A DNA stretch of 64,000 nt, from positions 436,195-500,194 of the forward strand of contig MNCI01001825.1 of NCBI GenBank assembly GCA_015680685.1. The letters are read 5' to 3'. Position numbers and translations under genes: made by a program. How positions within the stretch are numbered: the first letter of the stretch is position 1; each line of letters opens with the position of its first letter. A model generated the notes under the pieces. The model saw nothing but the letters and a program-made list of their open reading frames with translations, ran no database searches and was not told the DNA's origin. The stretch is from Gnetum montanum (taxonomy: Eukaryota > Plantae > Gnetophyta). Positions 37,466 through 51,399 of this stretch are shown piece after piece.

Positions 37466-40400
37466 AGATCCAAAGGGTCTCCACGGACATAAGAAAAAAT
37501 TTCAGTTTCAATTTATCAAGGCCACATAGCAAAAGGGTTTGGACAAGGGTTCAAGATAGCTAAAGACTAGGCCAATATAGGTCTTGAATGTAAGGATACC
37601 TTTATAATTTCAATGCTATCACTAGAAGTTGATTTAATCTATGTCAAATAATAAAGAATAACAAATTCGAATGACATTATTAGAAGACAATGTCCAATGA
37701 TAGGGATTTATGAGGTTTTTTCTATGGGGTCAATTCAAGTCACTTAAAGCAACAATTCAAGCAATAGTATTGGGTTATTTTTTATGCAACGTATTGCTAC
37801 AAGTCACTACCACCACAAAGTTGGGTGGTAGCCTCTAAATTTTTCTATGCAACTTGTTGTTGTAGATTGTTGCAACAATCTCTAACAATAATGTTGTTCC
37901 TCCTTGTTGCTAGTGATCACTCCCATAGTATTAAATGATAAGCCCAAATCTCCATCTCCTCTATTCTACTACTATCATGGCACATCACTTGGGAGACGTC
38001 AAGCAATTAGCTCATTATTTGTTCTCTATCTTCACTGCTATCATTGCAAATTGCCTTAGTCAAAAACAAGTGATAACAATCTCTTGCTATAGTTGGTAAT
38101 GAATTGCATCAATGCCCAACAATAGCTTAAAAACTACAACAAGCACAACCGAATTTTGAGCCTAAAGCAAGGGCAAATGCACTTCAATTCATCTCAAACT
38201 TCATCAATAAGACCACCCTAAGTTTAAGAACACTTAACCATAATGGTTTAATAGATTCAAATACAATAAGAGGAGCTTGATTCAATTTTATGTTGGTTTG
38301 CAACGAAACACTTCAACAACTATCAAAAATAAGATTGAATTCAACCTTCCAACCCTTCAAGGAACTAGATCTCGTTAAATGATGCTTAGAGCTAGTATGC
38401 ACAATTAGGAGCCATGAAATCTTCAAGTTATCAAAGCTTTCAACATGTAGAAACATTCAAATTTGTGCAAGGGGGATTTGAATAAACCACAAGATGGTGC
38501 ACCCAATCCCCCACAAATTGGCTAGGAGATGAGATTTAAAATGTAGATCCTCAAATAGTAGGGTTTTGAGCAAATAAATGAATCAATTCCTTACTAGAAC
38601 AAAACATAAAGAGCTCTTAAAACCTTCAAGCACGTTCATCATAATGATCAAACATAACTGCCATTACCATGAGAATAAAACCTGATTCTCACATAAAATT
38701 GCATTGCATATATGCTTCAATTGAGATTCAAAAACATGAGAAACATTAAGATTGTAAGAACTGCTATAAATTGAGAGAACACTGAGAAACTATCTGAAAG
38801 GTTGTGAAAACATGTGAGAATAAAACTACAAGATTGTGCGAATTGTGAATGAGAGAAATTTTTGAGAATCTTCACTCTATTGTGAGAATAATTTGCTACA
38901 GGACAACAAGAACAAGAAAAGGAAAAACAAAAAAAGCTTAAGAAATCACCAGCACATTTCTCTTCTTTGAGTCACATTCACAACAAAAGGAAAAGCTCTT
39001 ATCAAGTTTACAATGAAAGGAGAAACCTTTCTTTATAGCTTTTGGGGACTTAGAATTGCCTCAAACAACATGAGGCTTACATGAATGAATAATGGCCCTT
39101 CATCCAAAAATGGAAATGTGCCCACATTACATAAACCTAACTGCTAAACATAACTTGACTTTAAACTTTAAAACTAAAGGACTTAACATAAAGCAAACTT
39201 TAAACCATGAAGAGAAACATCACATGGAGTGTTTATGTTAGAATGGATAACATTGCCAACAATATTTGCCACTAAACTTCTCCAGAGGTTTCTAGGTGAT
39301 TAGAAAATATGTCTAGGTTCCACAAACCTTGGGTTACCTTGAAAGCAACCACACGGTAATAGAATTAATCATCTAAAGTGTTTGCCTCCATTCAGTATGT
39401 TCAATATAGTGTGAATGTGCTCCTACGTCCTTGACGCACTTTCATGTTTATGTTACATTTGTGTCTTTGTTTTATGTTGAAGTATGTTGGAGTCATGTAG
39501 TAGAAGTTAGAAGTCACTAAGAGCTATAAGTAGAGTCCTAAAGTTCATGTTTGGATTTTCTGCTAGTTTAGAAGCTATAGTTGTGATGTTTGTATTGAAG
39601 AAAACATAAGGAGAAGATAAAAATCTAAAATAACAAAAATGGATCAATATTGCCTCATGTTGGAGCATGCCCTTTTAGCAAGGATATCTCCTCCCAAAAA
39701 GCAGAAACTGAGAGGCACCCCTCATTCAATGCTATTGTAATATATGCAAACTTGAAGCAATAAAAGCTATCTTTCCCTTCATTTGTATGTGCATGTCAAG
39801 ATCATTGTGCTGGAGTTCTCTTTAGGTTTTTCTCTCATTCTCTCAATGCACGTTTTCATCAGAGTTGAACCTCCCCTTTCATGGTTCTTTCAACCACATT
39901 TCTCTTAGCCATTCTCACACTACTCTCACAAATTCTCTCAAGAAGTGAACAACTGCTACACATGGAACTCTTAATTTAAGTTCCTACACTTTTCTCTCAA
40001 GTTTCTCATGCAATTTCATATTTCATTTTACGTGTTTTGTTTGTTTCATGTTTATATTTGAATTCAAAGTTTCTATGGATGTTTAAGCGAGGGTTCATGT
40101 TTTTACCTTGCATTTAAGGTTTAGTATAAGAAGGTTCAACTCAAATTGGACTCTAATTACTATTTTGCATCTCAATTTGGAGATTCTTCACATGGAGTAA
40201 CCCTCTTTTGGGGGTTTCTTGCTCCCACTTGAAGTTTGACCCATTTCTTGCACAAATCTTGTTGAATTGGGCATATCTCAAGCATTGAAGGTTTGATGAA
40301 CACTGGATGCATGTTGTTGCATCTTCCCTAGCATGCTTGAAGGCAAATTCATGGAGATTTTAAAAATTTTCATCCTATTTCCTAGTCTTGGCCTTAGTGG

Positions 40401-42551
40401 CACAATTCTATGAATTTCCATGATAATTTGATGTAATTTGCTATCATAAAGCCTCATTCCTAATCTCCAAAGGCTAAAAGTCATTTTCCATACCTTCTTT
40501 CCCCTACTCAAGGTCAAATTCAACTCCAATTTTCATCCCAAAGTCATATTGTTTTCATTGTCAGGTCTATCTTAGACAACAACCACACCACAATTTGTGT
40601 TTTGGGAAATTTTTCTTTCTCACAACTTATGGTCCACTCATGGTCTATCATTTTTCAGCCACCATGACCCATGGTGGACTTGTGGTCTATCATTTAAAGT
40701 ACTAGGTAGGTACATGCCTTCAAAACAGCCACCACAACTTGACAATGCCTTGTGGTCTTGACTATGATACATGGTCTAATATAGCATGACTTGTTCTATG
40801 TATCGTGGTCAGCCTCTTTTCATTTTTCTCTCTATTTCAATTATCACAACTTGACAATGATCCGTGGTTTCAAGGATCACAACCTCACCACAACCATTGA
40901 TGGAGTACCATAATCTCACCATAGCCCATGGTGAAGTACCACGAGGTCATCACACCTCCTAGTCTATGCAATTTTCACAAGTGACCTTGCCACTCATCAT
41001 CACCTTATAATAAATTTACCAAGGCAAATTTGAGGCTGAAATTTTAAAGACAATTTAAGACCCCTAATAACTACTGTCTAAATTTACTAAATTTTTTTCT
41101 TCAATCCTCTTAAAACATAAGGCTAGACTTACACTAGCAACTAAGGATACCATAATTCCCAACTAGATTGTGATCCATAACCAATCCAAATCGTAATTGT
41201 TTAGATCACAATTTGGAATCGTTTGGATCACAATCCCCATCAGATCTTCATAAGTATGATTTGGTCTTGGCATGAGAGGTATCATATTCATATGTTTGAG
41301 TAAGCTATGGTACTTTTATTTCCATTAATATGCATATTATGATAATTACTTTTTTATGTCAGATTTAGCTATGATCATTTTGGTTCCTATCATGCTATTG
41401 TATATGTCTCAGATTATTGATATTCACATTTTGGCTTTAAGCCTCTAGTTGTTTAGGAAGTCCCATGTTTAGATGTGTACTGCTTTTGTTAATATTAAGC
41501 ATTGATGATTTATTTTCCATAGGCAATAAGATGCATTTTGTGTCATTGAGCTTTTATTTATGCCATCTTCTACTCATTGGTTTGGATTTGCCTCATAGGC
41601 TTTTGGACATACAGTTTTTAATATTGTGTGCTCTAGTAGTGGACAAGTTAGGCATGTGCCCAGGGGCTTTGAAATTATTATTTATCTTTAACAACTTTTA
41701 TGCCCATTTTACATAATGTCCTACTAGCCCAATTTGGTTAGGAGGCATGACACATTTTACCTTATAAGTGGAGATGGGCACCACTATCCAATCCTACCCA
41801 TACATGAACTTAATTGGGCTTAATATCCTAGACCATTGGATCCAATGAGATTGAGTTACACAACACCCAAATGTTTTCAATGAAGCTATCATTATTTGCA
41901 TGTACACACCTCACATATGATTTCTAATCACTTATCTTGGAGGTATAATAAGGTGAAGTCTAGCAATGATAGTGAACCAAGCCTTATTTGTTTAGTATAG
42001 AACTTGAAAAAACCCCAACTCACATCTAATCATGATCAAATTATCAATTTGGATGACATTCGATGTGAGAGTGCAAATCCACCTTGCATATGAATAATTG
42101 TTGAAACCTATATATTTTTAATCACTCATCATTGTATGATGCCTTTATAAAAAAAATATTGTTCGATGAAAATGGAGTAGAAGTTTACAAGTACATCAAA
42201 CCACATCTAGTGCTACTTGCAAAACAAACTTGAAACAAGTAAGTCACACAATTGGTTGCTAATTTCGAACTTATTAAGTGAATGGGAACTATAGTTGCCA
42301 TCCTTGGCTATCCATCTCCTTGAGGCATTATAGCACTTGAAAAAAATAGGAGGTAACATATGCTCTATAATCAACCTACTATTACAATAACTTCAATGCT
42401 TCCTTAGAGTTAAAAGGAAACTGAAAAAAAATTGTACTGAATTTTCTGGAGGTTGGTTGTAGTGGGCTCTACAAAAAGACTTAAGGATTTATCCTGCTTG
42501 TATAAAAACATTTAAAGGACCCTGCACAATATCCACGTCAAAAAAAGATAA

Positions 42552-42710
<159 letters not shown>

Positions 42711-42986
42711 TGAGAAAGACTGCCTTGTAGTTGGTTTGACAACTGCTACATGCCTTTGAGGTATGACTCTCATTCTTGCATTGCTTTTTCATTTGCATTA
42801 TTAATTTTCTACCATAGTGCCCCAATTACCAATAAAAAAATAAAAACAAACCAACAAAAGAAAAGAAATGTTGACTTTTAACCATACAGATCACATGTAT
42901 TCAAAGCTTAGGGTTGAAACTCTAACAAAGCTTTGTAAATATACAACAATCCCGATAAGCCTGTACGTAAGAAATTTAGTTTTTAC

Positions 42987-43114
42987 CTCTGAGTTGTTAC
43001 AGTACTCCAAACTAAAATTAAATGAAGGATATAAGGCTCCTCTTTGTCCCATTCCATAATCTATTGCAAAGCTCCAATTCCTAGAATCATAAATTGATTC
43101 AATGTGCAGCTCTC
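42987..43114 (-). CDS. OM47: OM47-like exon
   Basis: AG/GT bounded; (G)ELHIESIYDSRNWSFAIDYGMGQRGALYPSFNFSLEYCNNSE. Confidence 0.85.
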
Positions 43115-46040
43115 CTGGTAAAAGTATTAAAATATTCAGCAATTAAATATGCTAACGGAATTTCATTTTAAAAATATAAAATCACTATTTCTGACCTAAA
43201 TGTTTTGAAAAATCTAGTTCCTTAATTACCTAATATTAAAAGTATGATTTCATATCATAAAATTAGAATATAATTTTTAAAAAAATCTGCTTGATAATAA
43301 ATGTTAGATTGCTTTTCTATGGCTTAAATGATGTGTCGAAACATATTTTTTTAACCAATTATGAGTTCATTTTTAATTTTATCATGAACTCTTTTTTCTT
43401 TAAATGTGGTTTTGTTTAAGTTTAAAATTTATATATAGCACCCCACTTTTGTACATTAGATCTTAATACTTTATATTCTATATTATGTTGTTATACAGTC
43501 ATTAAATATTTGGACTTAAACTTGTTTTTGAAGTTCATATATATTATGTTGTTATGTTTTATGCTTATAAGTAAACATCATTGTATTTTATGAAAATAAA
43601 TTATACAATGATATTTAGAAATTAATGAAAATAAATTAGAAACCCTCAGCCTCATAAAGTAAAAGCAAGTTTAAAAGGATTGATGGTTGGCCACAAGAGT
43701 AAAGCCAATGAAAAAAACTAATAGTCAAGGGTGCTTAATGTTACCTTCTGTCATGCTCATGATGACAAGCATTTATAATATGTTTATGGTGTAATTTATA
43801 CTAAATGGCTAAAAAAATGATAAAGGATTCATTCAATAAGAGCAGTTGTCTATGTTATGCTGAATCTAACTTGCATTTCTATTCTACAAGCTTGCTTTGA
43901 TACCACTGTTAAGGCCTATCAACACAGTTGTTCAACAATAACAATGGCTAATATTGTTGGCACTGCTATCTATTCCAACATTCCAGTCTTTACCCATTCT
44001 ATGAACTTTTGTGCACAAGCATTTGCCCAAGCCTTGGGGTCTCCTTAAGACTACAAATGATGGAGGTTTCCCTGTTGTGTTTACCTTTTTGCCAAGTAGG
44101 GGAGGCCATGCTAGCTTAAGGAGTGAGGGAGAAGGAGAGAGGAAAAAGTGTGAAACTAATCTTTGCTGGTTAATTTGCCTGTCTTTGGGGTTGAGATTGG
44201 CTGCTCTTCAGTTATACTGCTTGGCTGAGCTTAGAGTTATTCTTGTATGGTTGGAAAGTTGTCGCTACTAGCTCCACTTTGAGCTGTTTTAGATGGCTAT
44301 TTCTGGCTAACCCTAGCTTGTGTTAGACTGATTAGCTGCTCATGGCTGAACTTGGGTTGTATGGAGCCAATTTGAGACGCTATTAGAAGTTGAATTTGGG
44401 ACTGTTCTGATCAGATTTTTCTTGGAGGTCATTGGTCCAGGAGAAAAATATTGAGCAGTCAACACCAACTAAGCCTTGTAAGTGGGCTCTTCTTCCCCCA
44501 AATCAATCAAACCAGCCACAAACACTTTGATTGGTAATTGGTGTGTCCTTTCTTGGCATGGACAAGTTTAGGGCTCTCTCTGTCTTGTGCATGCATGGGA
44601 TTCCTTTGTGAAACATGAGCCATGGATTCTTTTGTGACTCATGCATTTGATTCTTGGATTTGAATGTATTGGGCTCCTAAGTTGGTTTTTGCTTGTCATG
44701 TGCACCAAGTATTTCAAGTTTGTGCAATCATAATTAATGAATGTCCCCATTATTTTATCCAAAGTTGGTGATCTCTTGTGTGGGCAACAAGGCCATAGCT
44801 TTTGAAGGTGCTTGATGGTATTAGCCCCTACAATTTTATCCAACCCCAATGTTCTTCTTGTATAGGCTATAAGATATTGCAGGGTTGGAGGCATTGGTTG
44901 TGTGACAACCGGATAGCCAAAGGGTCTATTTAGCTTTCATAAAAAATATAAAAAAAAATTCTGCATATTGATGTTAGTTGTCTTTTTATCATGCCAAAAT
45001 TAAGTGCACACGTTTTGTTAAGCATTTTCTTAGTTGGTCTTGGGGATTTGTTGAGACAGAGTCATCAAGTTCCAATTCATTGTTAAATGGCCCTTGTTCA
45101 GGTCTACATTTCTTTCATTGTGAAAACCTAAGAACCTTGAAACTGGGTGGTGAAATTTGCAAAAGTCTGACACCATGTTAATCCATCATGCTTGTTGAGC
45201 CGATTTGCAACTATGTCACTTTGCAAATTTCTTTAAATGTTCTTATGAGAAATTAGAAATTTAGAATTTAGAATTTGATTTGGCTTAGAAATTGGAATTT
45301 ATTTTTTTCTTTTTCTCAAAAACCAATCTCGGGTTTCTTTGATAATGATGAATCCAGATTGGTAATAGTCTTACTTTCATGGCACTTATTTTCTTAAAAT
45401 ATGTTCTAAAGGAATTTCTCAATGAATTTTATTTCCAAGTAAATTTAAATAAGCAGTAAATATTGGCTGTGCATGCATGTTTATTTGTTCTTCCAAACAG
45501 TGAACCTACATAAATGATGATACAAAAAGGCTTATGGGCCCTAGAGTAAAAGGTATCCTGCAATCTCACACTTAGACTTAAGAAGCATGATGCATTTGTT
45601 TGGTGTGCCTTAATTGAAGTTCGTAGCAATTTTGGCACACATTAAGGAATTCAACACTAAAGAACTCATCTTCATGCTGGAAACTGAGTGATTTTCATTG
45701 ATTGTCTCATGCCCTCTCTTCAGAATGCAGCTCAACCCTGAATAGATGTCATTGCCTTTTTAATGTCAGATTGCTGAATGTATGCTAAAGAAAAGAAAGT
45801 TAATTTGTGTAACCTCAAACAAAGTAGATGTCTAAGAATTACAGAAAATCATATTTGTACGTGTTTAAAAAAATAGTTTGTCAAATAACTGCTTTGCTCC
45901 CTTTTACTTTTATTTACAATATCTTAACTCTTGAGTTATACATCATGTTGAAGATAGATGTACAAACTGTGTTAAATTTTGTATACTCAAGATCTTTATG
46001 AAAATAGAGACAAGAATATCAAAATTTCTTTACACAAAAT

Positions 46041-47717
46041 TGAATAGGAAAGAGAGAAGAAAGATTGGAAAAATAATTTTCTCACTCTCTTATTCATCTT
46101 GAATCAACAATTATAGCAATTTATAGGAAAGAATTACAATAGGAAATCTACTAAATAAGGAACAAGAAATCGGGAAAATAACTAACAGATATTGATGATA
46201 GAAATTGATTCTGAGAATCAACTAATTTTGGTAAGTTGATCAAGCTTTATTCTGACTTTCTAACACTCCCCCTCAAGCTGGTGAATAAAAATCTATCATT
46301 CCCAACTTGCTAACAAAAGAATCAAAGCTTGGTCTACATAAGGCCTTCATGAGAATATCAGCTTTTTGCATCTTGCTCGAAATGGAAAATAGAGCAACTG
46401 TTCCAGTATCAACTTCGTTTTTTATGAAATTCCTATCGATTCTTACATGCTTCATACAATCATGCTGGATTGGATCTTGGACGATATTAATGGCAGACTT
46501 ACTATCGCTAAACAACCTCATTGAACCACTTCGGGGTATCTTGAGATCTTCCATCAACCTTTGTAGCCAAATGAGTTCACAAATTCCTTGTGCTATAGCT
46601 CTGTATTCAACTTCTGCACTACTAAGTGCTACAACAACTTGTTTTTTACTTCTCCACGTCACTAAGTTTCCCTAGACCTTGGTACAATACCATGTAGTAA
46701 ACTTGCTATCTTCAATGGCTCTGGCCCAATTTGCATCAACAAAACCAACAATGTCTCTTTCACTGCACTTTTTGAACAATAGTCCCTTCCCTGAGAATCT
46801 CTTTAGATACCTTAGAATCTGATTTACAACATCTTGGTGTCTCTTTGTAGGAACATGCATGAATTGGCTAACAATACTTATGCTAAAAGCAATATCTAGC
46901 CTAGTGAAAGACAAATAGATGAGTTTACCAACCAAGCGTTGATAGCTTTCTCGATTTATAGGAGGATCTTTTTCAAGAGTCTTCTATTTCCAGTTTCATT
47001 CCAATGGAGTCTCTGTTGGTTTACATCCCATCTTGCCAGTCTCTGAGTAAATCCATGATATATTTCCTTTAAGAGATGAAAATCCTTTTTTTGCTTCTAG
47101 CAATTTCCATTCCCAAAAAATACTTCAGTGGACCAAGATCTTTGACTCTGAACTCTACTTGGAGCTTCCTTGTGAGATCTTCAATTTCATGATCATCATC
47201 TCTTGTAATCACTATATCATCAACATAAACAATAAGGATTGATCTTTTACCATGCTTCCCTTTTTTAACAAATAAAGTATGATTGGCTTGTCCTTGCTCA
47301 TATCCAAGAAATTATTGCTATTCAGTTGGTGTATGGTGATTTGAAGAGAATGCTTTTTGGATTGAGAGGAGGAAAGGGATAAGGGTGGAGTTGAGACAAT
47401 CAAAATCAAGGAGGATTCCACTATAGAGAATTCAAGTGCCATGCTCACCATTTTGGTTTGCTGACTGGGTTCTCATGTCGATGAAAGAATCAACTTTGAT
47501 ACCATGAACAGGAAGGAGAGAAGAAAGATTGGAAAAATAATTCTCTCTCTTTTATTCATCTTGAATCAACAATTACAGCAATTTATAGGAAAGAATTACA
47601 ATAGGAAATCTGCTAAATACGGAACAAGAAATAGAGAATATAACTGATAGATATTGATGAAAGAAATTGATTCTAAGAATCAACTAATTTGGTAAGTTGA
47701 TCTAGCTTTATTCTAAC
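46041..47717 (-). mobile_element. Internally deleted Ty1/copia LTR retrotransposon
   Basis: LTRs at 46041-46265 and 47505-~47717; PBS TGGTATCAAAG next to 47504; PPT AGGGGGAG next to 46266; RT IVYVDDIVIT and RNase H WRSKKQVVVALSSAEVEYRA; gag start fused to RT. Confidence 0.92.
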
Positions 47718-50700
47718 TTTTTTTTTTCGAGAAAGAGGTCGGGATTATATTAAAAGAGCTAAAGTATGTTACAAAGATTACATGCGATTACAAGCGGTGG
47801 GCCACATGGGAAGGTCCAACCGAGAGGGGAGGGCCCCCGAACCACAGAAACTGCGAGTGAGACGGTCAAAACAGAGAAANAAGAGTGTTTCGGTGATCCT
47901 CCGTATCCACGAAATTGGCCGCCTGTTGGAGGCCCTGCATAAGCGACTCCCACCTACCCCTGTCCTCTTGCGAAGCCCCGACATTAGGGTGGTACTGCGC
48001 CGAGGTCCGGCGGATGTGCTGCCTGAGCTCCGCCCAGGAGCTCTCGCAGTTAATGCCCAGAATAAAGTATGGGCATCGCCCCTCCCGCAGCCATTGCCAG
48101 GCATTATGCCTATGGGCGCGGTCAAGCTGCTTCTGCCGTTGAGCCTCCTCCTCCTGGAGACGCTCCTGCGCCGCCCGCGCCTCCAGCTCGCGCCGTCTTT
48201 GGTCTGCCGCCTCCTGCGTTAGCTCCTCCCGAACCTGGGCCCTGATTTCGTCGATGAGGCGGGCCCGGGCAGCCTCAGCAAGGAGCTCCTACTGCCTGAC
48301 CCACTCTTGCTCGCACTCCGTGACCTGGGCCTGCGCGAGGGCCTCGTTCCACTTGGCCTCCCACTCTTCCCGCACTTCGTCCATTGCCCGTTGCGTAGCC
48401 TGCTGAAGTTCCTTATCCCAGTTCCTTCGGTCAGACGTCTCGGGCGGGGGGGAAATCGAACTATCAGAACGTTCGGGGGAGCACCTCGTCCGCATGGTCC
48501 TCTGCCCCCACGGAACATGGGAACCCCAACGGGGCCAATTACTCCCCAGCCCAGGCACCGCCTTAGCCAGCGGCCTAGCTGAAGGGGAGCACTCCGAGGA
48601 GACCCCCCGCAGGGGGGCAGCCCCCCTGCCCCCGCCCCCCGCCAAAGCAACAAAATCAGACCAGAGTGGCGGCCGCAGCGTTTGAGCTTAAGGGTCTCTT
48701 TAAAGAAGTGGGGGAGGTTGACCGGGCTACCCAACCTGAGACAACGCAGGAAGGCAAAGTGAAGGCCCTGCAGCTTGGAAGCGTTGCCAGATTGGACGAA
48801 GTAGCGTTCAATCAAATCAGTTCCCCAGGCCCATAAGCACGGCAGAGAAGATCTGGGGACCTGGCGGCTCTGAGTCCGGGGGACGATCCGCGTCCTCCAG
48901 CCCACGGGTAGAGGGCAAGAGGATTTCCCCAGCGATCGGGGCCACCAGACAGCTGGTAATCGAGGAATCAATGACCCAGATTTTGCGCCCGCGGAAGAAG
49001 GTACGGTCATTGACCCAGTTGGAGAAAAACGCGTCATTTGCCAGATCAGGGTCCCCGACCAGCCGCTGTAGAGGCTCTGACCAACCGCACTAGATCACCA
49101 ACTGCCAAAGCGCCTCGTCCACCTGGAACGCGACGCAGTCCGACTCGAAAGTGGGCATAGTTCCCATGGTTACCTTGATTTCTTTCCATGCCGCGACAGC
49201 TTGGGAGACCAAACGCTGTGGAGGGGGGCGCTGCTGCTGCTGGAAAACAACGTTGTTCCGTGCCTTCCACGNAGAAAACGGCGTTGTTCCGTGCCTTCCA
49301 CACTACCCATAAAAGTAGCGTGGCTTGGGAGTCACCCGTGAGGCACCTCGGGGGGGCATAGTCGCCGCGCGCCACGTGGCGCGCATGCAAGGGCACTCCG
49401 CCGCGAAATGCAGCATGGTTTCCACCTCGACACCGCATGCAGGACACGTCGCAGTGCTTAGGATCCCGCGCCGATGCAGCAGGGCCTGTACTGGCAGCAC
49501 ATCGTTTTGCAGGAGCCACAGGAAGAATTTAATTTTTTTGGGCAGGTGTCCCTACCATATCTGCCGCCAGCCGTCCATCCGAGGGTACTTCGTCGTCAGG
49601 AGGGCCCGCAGCTCGAGGCTCCCCCAACCCAAGGTTTGCATTGTGCGTGCGTGCCGGCAGAGCCCCAGCCACGGCCTCGAATCCTACGCCCCCGAAACCC
49701 AAGGCAGATATTTGGCTTTCATGATTCGGATCCAAGGGATCGGTTCTCCCTGGGGGCGTGAAAATCGGAGCAGTAACCGTTGTTGCCCGATCATCAACTC
49801 GTCCTCGAAAGATGTGATACCCAAGCCCCCTACACTTCGGGGGTGCGCTACCTGCTCCCAGCGGACCAGATGAATTCTGCGCCCCCCCTTGCCCCCCTCC
49901 CAAACGAAGGTACGGATGAGAGTATTAACCGCAGAGAAGACCGCGTTCGGAGGGGTGGCCATGGTCGCCACAAACCGCACGATTGCCATGAGGATTCCAG
50001 TGGCCACCAATAGACGCCCTTTGCGACTAAGGAATCTATTTGCCCAATGGCTCATTCTTCTCTTGATTTTTTCGAGCAGCGGGCCCCACGCCGTGGTCCA
50101 TCCCCATCTGAATAGGGGGATGCCCAGATATGTGTCGCTGTACGTGCCTGGCAAGATATTCAGGATGTGTATCGCCCAGTTTTTAACCTCAGCATCCACA
50201 TTAAGGAAGTGGGCGGAGGATTTGGTTCGATTGATTTCCAACCCCACCTCGGCCGCGAGACGGGACAGAGCAATGTTGATGCACCGTGCCTGTGGGACCG
50301 TTGCTCTACTGAGCAACATCATATCGTCTGCATAGTGTTCGGTCCGGCATGCCATGCTGGCAATGTTTAGACCGTCCACCCCCGAGGTGCTGCAGTAATG
50401 CTGCATTAAGTCCATGGCAATGATGAAAAGGAGGGGCGAGAGCGGGTCCCCCTACCTCACCCCCCACCCAGGGGAGGAGAGGCCCCATAAACGCCCCCCC
50501 ACATCAAAGGAGAAGCCGGCCGAGGACTGCATGTGGATGCACAGGCGGATGAACTGCAAATCAAACCCTTTTTGTAACATGATGGACTGCAAGGCCTCCC
50601 AGCTGAGTGTGTCATAAGCCTTGGTGATGTCAAGTTTGAGGCAAAGCCCGGGAAAGCCCGTATTCCGAAGCGAATGAAACACCTCTTGCATGAGGAGGAT

Positions 50701-51240
50701 TTGGTCCTGAATTGCCCATCCTTTCACGAACCCCGCCTGGTTGATCCCCACCAGCTTGGGCATGACCGGCACAAGCCGACTCACCAGCAGTTTGGAGAAG
50801 ATCCTGATAAGAACATTGCAAACCCCAATGGGGCGGAAATGTTCCGGGTGGTGTGCGTCAGACTGCTTTGGGATGCAAACAATGCGGGAGCAGTTGAGTT
50901 CCCTTCGAACCTGTCTCCTGGCCAACATAAGATTGAACGCATCTAGAATATTGGGCCCCACAATATCTATGAACGTTTTAAAAAATTCAAGGCTCCAACC
51001 GTCAAGACCAGGCGCTTTGCCACCGGGCATGCTAGCGATCGTGGCCGTGAGCTCCAACCATGAGAAGGGGGCCAACAGCCGAACGTTGTCATGCTCGCTC
51101 AGCACACGCTGCACGAGAACCGAGATGGGTGTGGTGGCGCGCCTGGCCCAAATCCTGCGCCAGTATTGTGTCAGCTCGTGCGCAATCTATTGTGGATCAT
51201 CAGTAGTTTCGCCGGCCTGATTGTGGAGACAACGGGGATG
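47718..51240 (-). mobile_element. L1-clade LINE copy 2 (RT to J-domain, poly-A), inserted at the end of the copia 5' LTR; its 5' part ends near an assembly join
   Basis: Poly-T 47718-47727; RT KLDITKAYD, HYADD; zf-RVT CPACGVEVETMLHFAAEC; collinear with copy 1. Confidence 0.93.
47881..48075 (-). pseudogene. J-domain segment of LINE copy 2 (HPN variant)
   Basis: CPYFILGINCESSWAELRQHIRRTSAQYHPNVGASQEDRGRWESLMQGLQQAANFVDTEDHRNTL, stop-free and in frame with the coiled coil. Confidence 0.85.
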
Positions 51241-51399
51241 ACATGTGGATGCACAGGCGGATGAACTGCAAATCAAACCCTTTTTGTAACNAATCTGTTG
51301 TGAGATCTAGCATGGTTTTACAATTAGTTGCCAACCTGACACTAACCCTCCTCCTTTCATGTCTGGGTTTGGGAATGGCATTGACAAAGTTAGGGAACT

